From contig CBFFRP010000442.1 of NCBI GenBank assembly GCA_965644295.1, positions 1 through 64,000 of the forward strand: a DNA stretch of 64,000 nt, given 5' to 3'. The position numbers and the translations under genes are program-made. The first letter of the stretch is position 1, and each line of letters opens with the position of its first letter. Of the stretch, positions 38,702 through 52,654 are shown piece after piece. Source of the stretch: Paraphysomonas bandaiensis. Its lineage: Eukaryota; Protista; Chrysophyceae. The notes under the pieces are model-generated. The model did no database searches and was not told the origin of the DNA. It worked only from the letters and a program-made list of their open reading frames with translations.

Positions 38702-39347
38702 GTGTCACCAGACATTGATATAGGTATTCCTACGTTGTCACTTGTGTGATAACAGTACACTGGTTGGAAAAAAGTAATGTTAGAACTGTTAGTCACATAC
38801 ACGGAATGTATAGAAAGTTTATAATAATGCTGTCATATTCATAGTTCAAAACCATATCTGCATTGCGATTCACAATCGTTAGTGTGCGGTATAGTTTATA
38901 GTGGTTTATAGTTAATATGTGCATAGTGACACAATGTAGTGCAAAATATTTAGGATTACCTCTACTATGCACACTAATACACACAAAACGACGACGAAAC
39001 CAAAACAGATGAAGTTATTTTCTGAAACAAACATTGTGGACTCAATGTATAGCTTAGATACGTTGAATAATTATTTTTGATTATTTTGTTCCCCTTGTTA
39101 TTGTACCGCATGGCTCAATGTACCCCCTATGTTATACACCTTAGTGTCGGAAACTCTTCAAGGTAGACTATGGGCACCACGATCCACGGTCTTCAAGCAG
39201 ACAGAGTCTCTCTCTGTCAGTAAATAGGAGTAAGGGTGCATCGTTCAATGCAGTTCACATACATGTACAGGGCCTTTCTTTAGTATATCCCTGTACGTGT
39301 ATGTGTATAGCACTTTTGGGATTTTGACGTGTTGCCAAGATTTGTGA

Positions 39348-40379
39348 TACATTTGATGCAAATATCCTGGTTTTTGAAAATCAATTTAAGAGAGACTACT
39401 ACTACTTTGATTTTATTTTAAATAAGAATAGAAATGAGTTATAATATTCAATAAATTAAGAAGAAGAATATGTTAAGAATGAAAAGAGGGGCTTTTCCGT
39501 GTGCCAATTGGCTGTGATTCGTAAAGCCTTTGGACAACAAGATCAAGGACATAACTTGCTTGCTTACTTGTCCACACTCTGTTCTACTACACTCATGACT
39601 TGCTCACTGCTACTCTCCCTTCCTAAATTGTTACACCTTATAGACGTATGACATGAGGTTGGTTGTCCAAGTATTGGACATTATCAGAAACTTACATCTT
39701 TTCAACGGCAAACCTCCCGGCACCAAGAGAATGTGGGAGCATATCACCAATAACATTGGCGTATCTGATAAGAGTGTATCAGAAATTCTCCTCAATCTAG
39801 TAGCTGAGGAACTCTTAATTAAGACTAAACATGACTTCATAAAGAAAAACAAAAATGGGACCGATTTCCATGTATTTTACGAGTCCTACAGCCTCACAGC
39901 AAAGAGAATGATTCTGCTGTAAGCTAGTAAAAATGTGGGCAGAATCAACGAAAGTAGGGGCAGGATCAGCGCGCTTGAATGTGGATGGGGCAGGGGAAGC
40001 AGCCCTTGTTGGAACATTCCTTCTTAATTAAGACTTCCTCAGCTACTAGATTGACGAGGACTTCGGATACACTCTTATCAGATCCTGATAATGTCCAATA
40101 CTTGGACAACCAACCTCATGCCATACGTCTATATGGAGTAACGATTTAGGAAGGGAGAGTAGCAATGAAGAACATACCTGTAAAACATCCATCTTCGATA
40201 TTGATTGTGAAGAATAATGAGCAAGTCATGAGTGTAGAGCAGAGTGTGGACAAGAAGCAAGCAAGTTGTGTCCTCGATCTTGTTGTCCACAGGCTCTACG
40301 AATCACAGCCAATTGCCACACGGAAAAGCCCCTCTTTCTAAATTGCTTTTCAAAAACCAGGATATTTGCATCAAATGTA
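39348..40379. repeat. Diverged inverted duplication of a degraded gene (arms ~39348-39824 and ~40022-40379)
   Basis: Several blocks of 30-120 bp match as reverse complements, with arm-specific indels. Confidence 0.85.
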
Positions 40380-40687
40380 CAGTATTCAGTACCACAGTTG
40401 GAACCGAGCCATGAAAAACACCCGAAATCTATCAAACCCCTAAAGTCCCTATATATAGTGTACCTATATAGTGATGTACTGATCTACAATCACTTTGGTA
40501 CTCTGCTGTATATAAGTGTGTGATGTACCCCTGTATTCGCAGTGCATATGTACATCTTTATCTATACTATGTATATGTATGCGTGTATGTGTATGTGTAT
40601 GTATGTGTATGTGAGAGGTGTGTGGCGTCAATTCTGTTACTTTAAAGACAGCACAGCGCCCGTATATCAGTTCAGCGGGTCTGAATA

Positions 40688-41612
40688 ATGACTTCCTTTC
40701 GTCCCATGCGAGCAGATGATTTGTTTAAGTTCAATCATATCAATCTTGACCCTCTGACAGGTACACACACCTACACACACATGCCTGTAGCTTTATAACC
40801 CTGTGGCTGTATAACTACAGAGAGAACACTCTAACTGCACCTACACACACATGCCTGTAGCTTTATAACCCTGTGGCTGTATAACTACAGAGAGAACACT
40901 CTAACTGCAGCTATACATGCACGCAGAACTAACCATATTACGCTGTATACACACACATGCCACTATGTGTATGAGTGTATGAATCTGACTCTTATTTTGG
41001 CAGAGACTTACAACACCTCCTTCTACTTGCAGTATCTGAGCACGTGGCCCGGGTACTGCTCTGTGTTTGAGGGTACGTCCCCTCATACAATATCGTATCA
41101 TATCATAGCATGTGATCTCTGCTGATATGGTATGTTGATGGTATAACCGTTGCTGTGTATGTGCAGATCCATCGGGGCGGTTGATGGGATATATTCTTGG
41201 TAAAGCTGAGGGAGAAGATAAATTATGGCATGGACATGTCACCGCTGTCACAGTGTCTCCTGAGTTTAGGAGACTTGGAGTGGCAAAGAAGTTAATGCGG
41301 GAGTTAGAAGAGATATCTGAGCTCGTTTATAATGCTTATTTTGTGGATTTATTTGTGAGAGCTTCGAACGCATTGGCAATACAGATGTATCATAATATGG
41401 GGTATGTGGTATATCGCCGTGTGTTGGGGTATTATAGTGGAGTTGATGAAGAAGATGCTTTTGGTGAGTATCAAAATCTTTGTGGTTCACCCGTGTTCAT
41501 GAGTAATTTATTTTGTCTCGTAGATATGCGTAAAGCCCTGCCCAGGGATACAAACAAAGAGTCAGTTGTGCCGCTTCCACATCCCATTACACCTGATCAA
41601 TTAGAATGGTAG
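40688..41612 (+). CDS. NAA20: NatB catalytic subunit, N-terminal acetyltransferase
   Basis: DDLFKFNHINLDPLTETY, GYILGKAEG, WHGHVTAVTVSPEFRRLG, YFVDLFVRASN, EDAFDMRKAL. Confidence 0.93.
40768..40909. repeat. Exact 70-bp tandem duplication in NAA20 intron 1
   Basis: CACCTACACACACATGCCTGTAGC...CTAACTGCA appears twice. Confidence 0.9.
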
Positions 41613-43122
41613 TATATGTGCAAATCATATTTGGATGCCTGCTATGACTTCAATTTCATGGTAATAAGAATTTCCGAAATCTATATCGGGTTGATTGCTA
41701 AGTGGCCAATTATTATTAAACTAGGGATAGGGAACAATATCTAGTATTCCACAACATAGTGATAACGTGAATGGTGCACTATATGATGCCAGCGATGTTT
41801 GTGAGTATATGATATCATTACACTTTGACTGCTATATTACATAATAACGTCTGCTCTTGATCAGTTACGACAGCTTCTTGGTTAGGGTATAGTGTAGAGA
41901 TGACTGCGTCTGTGGCCAGTACAAAACTGCGTTTATTGGCTTGTTGTCTACGATGCGCTCTATATAAGCAACACTACTTTCCAGGATTAGCTCAAAACTA
42001 TACGTCGAACCAGTATATACGATCTTAGATATATCACGATGGGAACGATCTTACATATAATGCAGTCAATATATAATATATCAGTTTCACTACTATTATT
42101 TCTATCATTTCAATAGCTCATTTAATACTGTTAATCACTACTACAGTATTATTCAAGGCTTAGTAACGATAATAAATCAAATACGTTACAACAACATCAT
42201 ACAACGATGTGGAAAACTTATTAGCAGCATATGGTAATTAGTACTAGCATGTTAACATGATACAGTGTCGCTGTATTTAACGGGAAATATGGATCTATAT
42301 TTCTCTCACCCAGTAATACTTGATCTCAATGTGCTTCGATCACCCGTGCGAGCTAAGCTACCTCCAAAGGGAGGATTCTTCTGCTATGGGTTTTGACGCT
42401 ACGCCTTTTATGCCGATATTTTACTGCTTTTAATGCTAAATCATGCTCACTTTGGCTATCCAGGAGAAAGGTTCGCACAGACGGAGTTCCAGTTCGAAAC
42501 GGGAGACTCTCACTTCAGGCATTACTTCCAGCGTGCTATTATACTTACACCTTTCAACGTGTTCATAACCAGTATTGTGTCATGTGTCATCTACATACAC
42601 ACAATAAATCTTTTGTAGACTACAATCTCAGACATAAATTTTCACTGAAAATAAAGGAATGTCCTGCTTGGGGCTATATCGGCTTCTAAGCAATGAAAAA
42701 ACCATGTTACCCAGTAAGAAGGTTATACAATGGTGTTCACAGTTCACAGCAACAATATGATCGTTGTAGAAAAGATAAATCGTTGAACTATATTTATTAT
42801 TAGTATTATACACATTCGAATGAAGAGGGGTGACGGATTTCATACTCCAACTGTAATAGTATCATTAATCAGCAGCTAAAGAATACATATATGTATTCTA
42901 AGATCACTTGATCACCAAAGCCACAATACTACTTACCTACTGCTTTACATTAACCTCAAACACCCACGGTTTTCTTATTATATCAAGGTTCCTTATAGAT
43001 CGACAAGCACCTCATTCATTACACTTTGCCAACTAACATCATTCTTCAAACCATTGTATACGATCTACCATACCACACAAAAGAGACCACGTCGCATACC
43101 TTAACTTCACTCCGTACGACTG

Positions 43123-46100
43123 CTACAGCGAACCATACTCCCCGACGTCCTTCAGACGAGAAAAGGGGCAAGCCTTGTTCGATAGGTAAGCGAACTCAAA
43201 GTCTTCCAAATGAAAGAAACGATGACAGCTCTGAGAAATCGCAATCTCGATCTCAGGCAGCATATTCCTGGAAGATAAATTACATATTGCAAGGTTGTAC
43301 AAATGAATACACTGAATATACAGATAGTACACGTTTAAGGCACAACATATACAACGTCGAGGTCCACTACTGAAAACTCAATAACAACTTACTTGTAGAA
43401 AGTCGCCCGTTTATTCTGTGAGGATGGACGGCATACAAATACCTCTGACCTCTTCATACCGTGCAAAAGTGTGGCCGTGTCCACAGTAACAGGGACGTAT
43501 GACATCGCATTCATCTGATATCAAGCAAGTTACACACCAGTTTAGCACAAATCATAGAAACAAGCTGTGACGGAAACAAGAATAAAAACATCCTAATATA
43601 CCATACACAAGCAGTGGTGAAAGAACTCACTTGAGTTTCCAACGTCCGATTTAGGCACATTGGGAAGAGTTCTTCACTTGGTATGCCACCTCTCAGCTCT
43701 GTTGAACTTCCCATCATATCTTCCGTACTATCCAGGCTGCCGAATTGCATCATATCTGCATCTCCCATCTTTCCTTCATTCCACCCAGACTTGTCAGGAG
43801 AACCCACGGGGCGATTTCTCCCTGATGCAGGATTGGTGCGGATCAATTCGATAGCCTCCTCGTCGCTGATAGACGGCTCAGGAACAAACTCAACCAGAGG
43901 AAGAATATCAAAATTAATAAACGAGCGCACAAACGGATGTCCACAGTTTGTGCACACATCACCCTTGGCAAACTTGTTCGTAAAAGGGTTTAAGAGCGGA
44001 TTTGTTGAACTGCAACGGTAGCACACGGGTAAATGCTCCGGCTCATCTCTGACAGGCTTCGCCTGAACAATGAGCATATCACGCTCTACTTCTTCTTGCC
44101 ATCGCGGCGGAATCTGAAGCTTGCTTAACCTATCGTAAGTGTGACGTGCCAGTTTGAATGCTCCTAAGAGCATTGACTGGCGCGCAAGGGTATATAACGT
44201 GGCAGCTTTAGATATGCCATAAGGAATAGTTTCCGAGCTACCGAGGGAGTTGATGATGAACCGGGAGACCTGAAACAGCAGCTCAGGAGGATGACTGGTA
44301 AAAGGATCCGTCACATATGAGTTTATATTAGCATACGCAAAGTACAGATCTGCGTTGTGCTCGCATTCAAGTTGGTATCGGGTATCAGTGCCATCGCTCA
44401 ATTCCTTTGCCAATAGCCAATAAAAATAGGACGAATCCTTGAACCTCGACTCGACAACAGAGTTAAAAGTTAATTCTTCTAATATTTTCCGAGACAAATC
44501 CTGACGTCCCGCTTTCTTGTACGCCTGCATAGCGTCTTCGCAGCGGTCTTGCATAATAAGCCAGTCTGCATAAGGCAAAAACACAGACGAGTCAAACTTT
44601 CCTTCGTGGTCATCGGCTAATTTAGCAGCTTCAACCCACATTTGGCGCTTCACGAAAAGAGACATTAATTTCGAAATATCTCCAAGTTTGGTGTAGGCCT
44701 CCCTGGCCATAGCATCTTCATTCGCTTGAGAGAGTACCTCACCGCAGAATGATAAGACGTCGGTCTGGTCTGCTGGGGCTGCCCTGACCACGTCAATCAA
44801 TGCAGTCTGCCATCCGGTTTCCGGAGCAGCCTCAGATATGATTTTTGCGGCCTGCATATAAGATCCCATAGAAGAATATATTTCTGCAGCCCCCTTCCAG
44901 TCGTTAATCTCTTCAAGCCATTTTGCCTGCTGCTGCACTAGAGCACTATGATCAAACGCTGCAGCTTTATCGCTAGACGACAAACTTTGTGCAAACATTT
45001 TCGCATCATTCCACATACGGAGATCGGTAAAGAGGCGTATCGCAGCATCAACCCTTCCGGCACGGGCATATACTTTAGCCGCCTCATGATGGTGCCCCTG
45101 ATAGGCCAGTATCTCAGCGTGCCAAGAAGGGTCTAAAAAGGACTTTGTGGTGATAGATGTAGTAGGTGCGGGGGTGGGGTTACTGGCTACTGCATGGCGG
45201 CCTCGTCTTGGCGCCGACCCGGCACTGGAGTCTTTTGCAGGTGCTTGGGGTTCCTTAGACGCTTTCGCCCCATCGCCAACGTCCCTCTCAATTTCTTCTA
45301 TCAAATGTAAAAATTTTGAGTCCTTCAATCGGGCAAATGCTGCCTTCGCAATATCAAGGTGATTCGCACGAAGAGACCTAAGAGCAAGCACCTTCCAGTC
45401 TCCCTCCGTTGCTCCCAGACATGCGACATGATACGCAGCCTTGTAGTCATCTTTCTCAATGAGCTTCATCATATTTCCCCCTTGAGGAACATCCATGCCA
45501 AGCATATTATTGTTGTACAGACAATAAATTTTCTGTCCACTAAATCCAATTGCTATTCCAGACAGGTGCTGCTCCTGTGGCTCCTGAGAAGACTGGTTCT
45601 TATATGTTCCCGCCGCCTGTGTACCGTCCGTCGCTTCGTCAGATCTCGCGGATATACCGGATACAACGAACATTGAAGACTCCCCACTGTAGCACAGCAT
45701 TTCATCGACCTCGGCGTTAAAACATACTGACACAGCACCATCCGCCTGAAATAGTGTGTCTCTTGTTTTGAGATCGATTACTAGCAGCTTCTTTTCAGAA
45801 TCAACGACTGCAAGCTTATCCCGATTCAAACTGAGATCAGCGCACCGCACAGGGTTGGAGCTACGCCATAGCTCTAATGGGAAAGGGTTATCTACAAACA
45901 CCTTATATGTAACACCATTATAGAGAGATACGAGTACAGCCTCTCTGCCATCTGGGCCTCCGTTCATTTTGACATAACAAATTGACGATTCCAACATCCA
46001 AGAGCGCTGCAATTGGCCATCGAAACTGTAGAGTTGTATAACATTGCTGCTACAAAATAATATTGACTGTGACGTAACCAACATGTGTTCGCATGGTATG

Positions 46101-47642
46101 TTCGCGGATTGTTGAATCCTTTCTCTGCGCAGGCGGAAGTGCATATCGAGTGTCTCTTCAGGATTGGACTCATATATGCATACTTTATCCGACAGTTGTA
46201 CGGCAAGCTTGTTTTTGTACAAAGACAGACGCTGGACATAGTCGCGGCACTTGATTCGCACCTTGCGATCGGATATCAAGTGGTGTACTACAACCTCAGT
46301 GAGATTCTCTCGAAATGCATAGCGATCCTTGTATAGAGTATGAACTACATCAAATTTCATCTGCAGCAGACTGATGCCGCCAGAATCACACCCAACTACA
46401 ACTTTATCAGAGTCACCGTGTGATGCACATCCCCATATCCAGGAGTCACGCGAACATAGTTCCGACAATCTTAATCCATCTCGACTGTACAAATTAACCT
46501 TTTTATTCGAACCGCCAATCACCTAAGAAACAATATCATATTACATACATTGGATTTCCTTATTATGACGTACCATATAGTTTGTACGGTTACCCCCTAA
46601 GTTGGCAATGCTAAGAGCACAAGGATAAAAACGGAGTGGTCGCTCGCCTTGAATACGATGGGCAGTGGAATTTATCCTGTGTACAAGTAAACACAATCAG
46701 TGGACAATATCTATCGGCGTTGTAAGAGTGGGCTCACTACATGTCCTACAACCTCGGTATACAAGTGTAAATTATCGTACCTATACAGAGAAAGTGTTTT
46801 ATCCCAGCATCCTACCACCAGTAGATCATTATCCCCTCCTCCGGAAGGCGAAGAGTTTCCCGCCCCCGGCTTTTGTGACCCAGATGCATTCCCCATAGAT
46901 GGAACAAACTCAAGGCACCATACTGGTGCACGGCGCTCGATGTGATGTAGTTCATCCGATTGTGCATTACGGATACTAACCCATCCGTTCATCATGCCCA
47001 ACGCCAATATAGAACCATCGGAGCTCCAGGCAGCACAGAGAATCTTTGAGTGAACCTTTTCTTTGACAACTTGTTTCTGTTCAGGAGTCCACATACCGAA
47101 ATCAACCTGCGAACACACGCACAGAGACATGAGTGGCCGGTATATATATATATATACGTGTGCTGTATATGCGTACCTCTGAGCAGGACGCCAATTGCAT
47201 CGTGACTGGATTGTACTTGACGCTCTGTATGGATGCGGTGTGGTTGTATTTGAGCATTCCCTGTCCCGTTATCTTCCATATGACGACTATCTTATCAGCA
47301 CCTCCTACACACACAGTCACGTATATACAGTCACACACATATACAGACATCAACCTGAAGCAAACTTGGATCCATCAAAACTGAAATCAACGCAGTAGAC
47401 AGTGTCTTTATGTCCGCGCAGAGACTCGAGCAGGTCGCCCGTCTCTGCATTATACAGCAGCACTCTGTTGCCTACAGCCACTATAACTCGTGTGCCATCT
47501 ACACACATACAACTGTATTAAGGGTACACGGAGGGTAGAGGATGCGAGGGGAGTGACCTGGAGATATCGCCACGTCGTTGATAGGGTTACGCACACCGTC
47601 TCTGTCGGGCACCTGATCGCTCCACAGGACAGATGTGTTCAT
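43123..47642 (-). CDS. IFT122: Intraflagellar transport protein 122
   Basis: WD40 start (VAVGNRVLLYN, SLRGHKDTVY), LYKDRYAFRENLTEVVV, KVRIKCRDYV, CYRCSSTNPLLN, CTNCGHPFVRSF, ILPLVEFVPE. Confidence 0.95.
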
Positions 47643-48203
47643 CACAGTGACGGAGAGGTGAGTATACTCTGGTCTAGTCTCGTCTCGTCTCGTCTCGTCT
47701 AGGATCGTATATTCACAGCACTGCTCCCGATAGTCTACAAGATCACTAGTTTAAATATACACATACACACATACATACATGATGAGGTCGTGTACAGCAG
47801 TATACATACATACATACACATATAGAGGCTACAGTCTACAGGCTGTTCCATAACTAACGAACCCCCATACAAACAACACACACATATACGTTTTATAGTG
47901 GAGGGATACGGCTCGTAGTCTGATGTATTCCTGCACAGAGATTCAAATATCGAATGAGGTGTACGGTATATGGCTGTATATAGCTGTATATTGATCAGGC
48001 TTTTGATTGGCTGTAGGGCGGAAGATGTAGCTCTGTAGGTATGAGCCGTATACACACATATAGTACACATATACACATATACACACACTCACATATAAAG
48101 AGCTGCAGCTACACGTATAGCTCTCTCTATATAGTTACCTGTCGCTGCTGATCGCTAGTGGAGCTACTGTCTGGGCATTACTCTGTCTGAATTATTGATT
48201 AAC

Positions 48204-49010
48204 ATGAATGTGGCCCTGACAGAGCGGAGGACTGAAGAGATAAGCTACAATGGGACGAGCATAAGTCTGTTGCTTGATATGGGGGTGGGGATTGGTGGTG
48301 ACAAGTGGCCAGCTGCAGGTTACTTTCCTTCATATGCATGACATTACCTTTCACTGATTGTGATGCTGTTTGTAGACTTATTTTGTAAGTTGATAGCGAG
48401 TGATTCATGGAAACAGACATTCTCGAAGCTGTTTTCCGGTAAACGCTGCATTGAATTGGGGTCCGGCACAGGTCCAGATATTCTACACAGCTAAAACTTT
48501 GTATTAAGTATTGCTTATATACAGGAATAGTTGGCATTTTAGTGGACAAGTTATATAATCCGTCGGAGGTTGTAATTACGGACTTGGAAGATCACATGTC
48601 TCATATAAAGCACAACACCAGCCTGAACAGCTGTAAAACGGTGTCTCTTGTAACCTACGATTGGATGGAACCTCTTGATATAGGATTCTTTGATGTTATA
48701 CTGGTGTTTGAGTGGTGAGTGGGATGATGTTGTGCGCACGTATTTATTTAATATCGTGGTGATATGTAGCGTATATCGGGAAGAGTTATACTTACCCCTG
48801 ATTGAATCATTGAAATCTCTCTCCCATCCTGGTACAGTTATTATGTTAGGACTCACGAGGTTATTCGCCAAACCTCTCTTCTTCAAGCTACTTCGCTCAA
48901 ATGGTTTTTATTATAGTATGGTGCCACAACAGGCACTTCCATCAGATTACTCATCAGAATCCTCTGGAAGTGATGTGGGACTATTTATGTGTACACTCGA
49001 TGCAACGTAA
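48204..49010 (+). CDS. Protein-lysine methyltransferase, METTL21/Methyltransf_16 family
   Basis: GIGGDKWPAA, CIELGSGTGIVG, VVITDL, YDW, FDVILVFECVY across exons. Confidence 0.82.
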
Positions 49011-49187
49011 CATTGACTACTAATAATCTTTCATCTACTCCTAGTGTTTTTTTCACTATTGTTTAATCGTCATCGAAGATCAGTCATGTAGTGCACCTAG
49101 CAACGCCATACTCACTTTCCACCCCTATTAACGATTACTAACGGAGCTTCTCGTGACCATGCATCCATGCATGACTTAGCGTAAACC

Positions 49188-49983
49188 TAGCATGGCATTG
49201 ACTGAGCCCCTCCTTCCCCAGAACACGCGAGGTTTCAGGTAATCATGTATAGATCACGCAATAATAAGATAATTAGTAGCGCAAGATAGTCTTTCCAGCG
49301 CATCCGAGAATGGGCCCGGGAGTCCCGCACTCTACAGCTCTACAGTCTACAGAGCATGAAAGATGTGAGAATGTGGGGTGGGGACCTGAAGCTGCTGTTA
49401 GAGAAGGAGAGTGGTCAAGGGACTCTCGAGGAGAGTAAAGCGTGGATTGAAGAGTTTAAGCGCTCTCTTCGATTCGATCTCCCTTACGATGATCAAGCCA
49501 GAAGGAAGAGGTTCTTCACGGAGAAGGTGCAGCCGGTTTTTGAGAGTCTGCCAGCGGATAAACGCACTCTTCTGGGCTATGTGACGGCTGTGCACAAAGC
49601 CGTGGCGACGATTAGGGATTCGTGGGAGATGGTTAGTCCGTTTGACATCTTTGTGACTTCGCGTGTCAGTCTCGGAAAGGCTATCTGCTGCCTCCCGCGC
49701 GTCACAAAGATGTCAAACGGACTAACCATCTCCCACGAATCCCTAATCGTCGCCACGGCTTTGTGCACAGCTGTCACGTAGCCCAGAAGAGTGCGTTTAT
49801 CCGCTGACAGACTCTCAAAAACCGGCTGCACCTTCTCCGTGAAGAACCTCTTCCTTCCTGCAGATCGATTCGGTCTGCAGCCATTATATAGCATGGCATT
49901 GACTGAGCCCCCTCCTTCCCCAGAACACGCGAGGTTTCAGGTAATCATGTATAGATCACGCAATTAGTAGCGCAAGATAGTCT
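49188..49983. mobile_element. Rearranged TE-like remnant: ~100-bp direct repeats flanking a 157-bp inverted duplication
   Basis: Direct repeats 49188-49292 and 49889-49983; arms 49501-49657 and 49701-49857 differ at 3 positions. Confidence 0.6.
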
Positions 49984-50224
49984 GCAGCCACAGCCTGTGA
50001 TAATTACAGTGTTTCAATAGTTTTTCCTTTTCAAGTTGATTATGTTACTTTTAATTCGTACCATGATTTTATTTAAAACCAAACGGAGCAGTAAGATGAA
50101 TATTAGAATATTATTTACAATTTTACTTTCGAATATTCTTTTATGACCAAGTAATCCATATTGAGTTCATAGACATGTATAAATAGTCAATGCACACTGG
50201 TATAAATAGATTATGGTAAACGAC

Positions 50225-50842
50225 CTACGCTATATCTTTAACAAAATGTGCTACGAGTACTTCGTCGTCACTGTTATAATTCCCATCAGGGAGCACTTTA
50301 TCAAGAGGGACAGGTGTTTCTTTCTTTAAGACAAAACCCAGACGTTTATATAAACCAACTGCTAGATACATTTCTGATAATGTGCTCAATACAATTCGTT
50401 TCATCCCCTTCGATTTGGCATAATCTTCTAGTACGGAATACAGCATAGTTCCAATTCCCTTCCCACGGCCCACCTTGCTCACGCTCATACGTACCAGTTC
50501 ACATACATTATTCTCATTCATTCCTTTGGATGGGTCATGCATATCCTCATCGGATTCGTCGTATGTGGACATAATAACACCCACGTGGCCCACCACCTTA
50601 TCTGCACTATCAACAGCAACCCAAAACATTCTACATTTTTGAGAGCTCTCAGTCATATAGCTCTCGAATATATCGAACATATCGCCATCTGGACCAAGTT
50701 TGCTGTTTATAAACCAGTTCTGGCACGCTGATGCAACAGCAGAGATGCCGCCCATATAACTGTGCGATAAACCGTCCACAAACAGGTCCTGCACTTCTCT
50801 CTGATATCGAGACTCAAATGGAACCACTCTGATATCACTCAT
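50225..50842 (-). CDS. GNAT acetyltransferase (NAT8/camello-like), intronless
   Basis: FWVAVD..VVGHVGV, CELVRMSV..GRGKGIG, AVGLYKRLGF. Confidence 0.85.
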   Translation of the reverse strand: MSDIRVVPFESRYQREVQDLFVDGLSHSYMGGISAVASACQNWFINSKLGPDGDMFDIFESYMTESSQKCRMFWVAVDSADKVVGHVGVIMSTYDESDEDMHDPSKGMNENNVCELVRMSVSKVGRGKGIGTMLYSVLEDYAKSKGMKRIVLSTLSEMYLAVGLYKRLGFVLKKETPVPLDKVLPDGNYNSDDEVLVAHFVKDIA

Positions 50843-51251
50843 TGCTAGTAGACAGTGAAGGCAGTACCTTTATATTGAGATAATGCTCATCTAGTGCATT
50901 GCACTATGCATCGCTGTGCATGCTTGTCATGTGCACTGCATACTGCACTCGTATATCCACTGCGGTGGGTATACGGCGGTATACTGCGTATATCTGAGTA
51001 TATCACGTATATGTACATGTCTGTATCCTGACTACGAAGGAATCCTACGTACAGCTATACAGTGTAGATTCCTACCTGGATATACTGTACGTAGGAATTC
51101 CTACAGTTCTTTTTTCCGCCATTATGTCCAGATGGATGCCAGATGTGTGTGTCATTCCGCCGCTATGATGCATGCATATGACACACAATAAAGTCATCAT
51201 AGACAACATCCATATAGCCACAGGCAGAGTTAGAGATAAGATTAGGAGCAG

Positions 51252-52115
51252 ATGATTAACGCGGTCAATGCAGGGAACTGCGTCACACTCCTTGTGTTGT
51301 GTTGTGCATGTTGGTGCGGCACCTCAAGCACTTATGCTATTCAGAATTACTTCGGAACTGATTCGTCTTGTTCGCCAAGTTCGCAATGGCAAATTCAAGG
51401 AAGAGCGACAAACTATTGCTTTGAAAATGGAGCAAACAGTTATGTCCTCCTTTGTGATGAAGAAGAAGGTGTAATAACAAGAATAAACTACGACGGGCAT
51501 GATTGCGTTCCATCGTCGATAGCAGATAACGCAACCGATGCACTCGGGGTGTGCGTCAGTGCTGAAGTTGACGACCACAGAATGTTGTCTTGCTCATCAA
51601 GCCTGGACCCGTGGAGCGACGTCGAACAGGATGCCGCTACAGCTTTATATTTTGATGACGAAGATAGCACCTGCTCTGAGTCGGTGTTGACGTATATTGT
51701 GGATATTATTGGTGTATGTCATAATTATTATAACTCCGATGGAACTATCATCAGCAACAGCAATGAAGCGACATCTTGTACTAGTGACTCTGCAACAGTG
51801 AAACATTATTATGGGGGAGACTGCAAGACATTTGTTGATGCAGAGACATACGACCTACCAACTGGTTGTGGATACTTCCCCCCTCCACGCGATAGTTTTG
51901 CTTATATTGATGGGTACACCACGTTTCTTTGCAACGACAGCAGTAGCAGCGAGGATGATGATTTAGGTATGATAGCTATAGGATTCATTGTTGGTGCGAG
52001 TGTTTTGGTTGTTGGTGTTGCTGTTTCTGGGATCGCGTATTGGTTTGGTTGCTGTGGTTTCTTTTGGAAGCAGAAGGAAGCAGATTCCCAATTGGACGGC
52101 AAGCTGCTGGAATGA
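51252..52115 (+). CDS. Cys-rich type I membrane (surface) protein
   Basis: Signal peptide; Cys-rich ectodomain with two similar halves (YF..DSxCS); C-terminal TM; short tail ending in LL. Confidence 0.75.
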   Translation: MINAVNAGNCVTLLVLCCACWCGTSSTYAIQNYFGTDSSCSPSSQWQIQGRATNYCFENGANSYVLLCDEEEGVITRINYDGHDCVPSSIADNATDALGVCVSAEVDDHRMLSCSSSLDPWSDVEQDAATALYFDDEDSTCSESVLTYIVDIIGVCHNYYNSDGTIISNSNEATSCTSDSATVKHYYGGDCKTFVDAETYDLPTGCGYFPPPRDSFAYIDGYTTFLCNDSSSSEDDDLGMIAIGFIVGASVLVVGVAVSGIAYWFGCCGFFWKQKEADSQLDGKLLE

Positions 52116-52654
52116 AAAACTAGTAGAATAGCAAAACTACGCAGACTCAGTTCGGTTCTATGTTTTTTGCTTGCTTTTTCGAGTACGAGCATGAGCTTCT
52201 TCAAGCTAAACGATATATAACAACACCTTTGAATTGAATTGCTTCAGTAGTTGTAATTTATTGGTTCTAGCTGTAAATGGCATTCTCGAGCAAACATCTC
52301 GTATCTCGTATATATAAGCACCTTTAACAAATATCGGCGGAGTAATATACTAGAGTAGTATTCTTCGCAACATGAGCTTGTACAGTTGCACAGTTCATCT
52401 AGTTACTAAATGTAGCTAGTCTGAAATGATAGCTTCTCAAATAAAGAATTAATCTTAGTAATAGTAAAACAATATTGTAATTATTAGAGTGAAAGTATGA
52501 AAGAGCGAATAGTCATACAAAACATACTATCATGTACAACGGAATAGTTAGAAGTGTAACTGATAATGACGATCATGTATCTTCAACAGATACTATCTTT
52601 AATTCAGTTCATGATATACTTCATTGAACATCATAACTCACAGAAACTATCATA

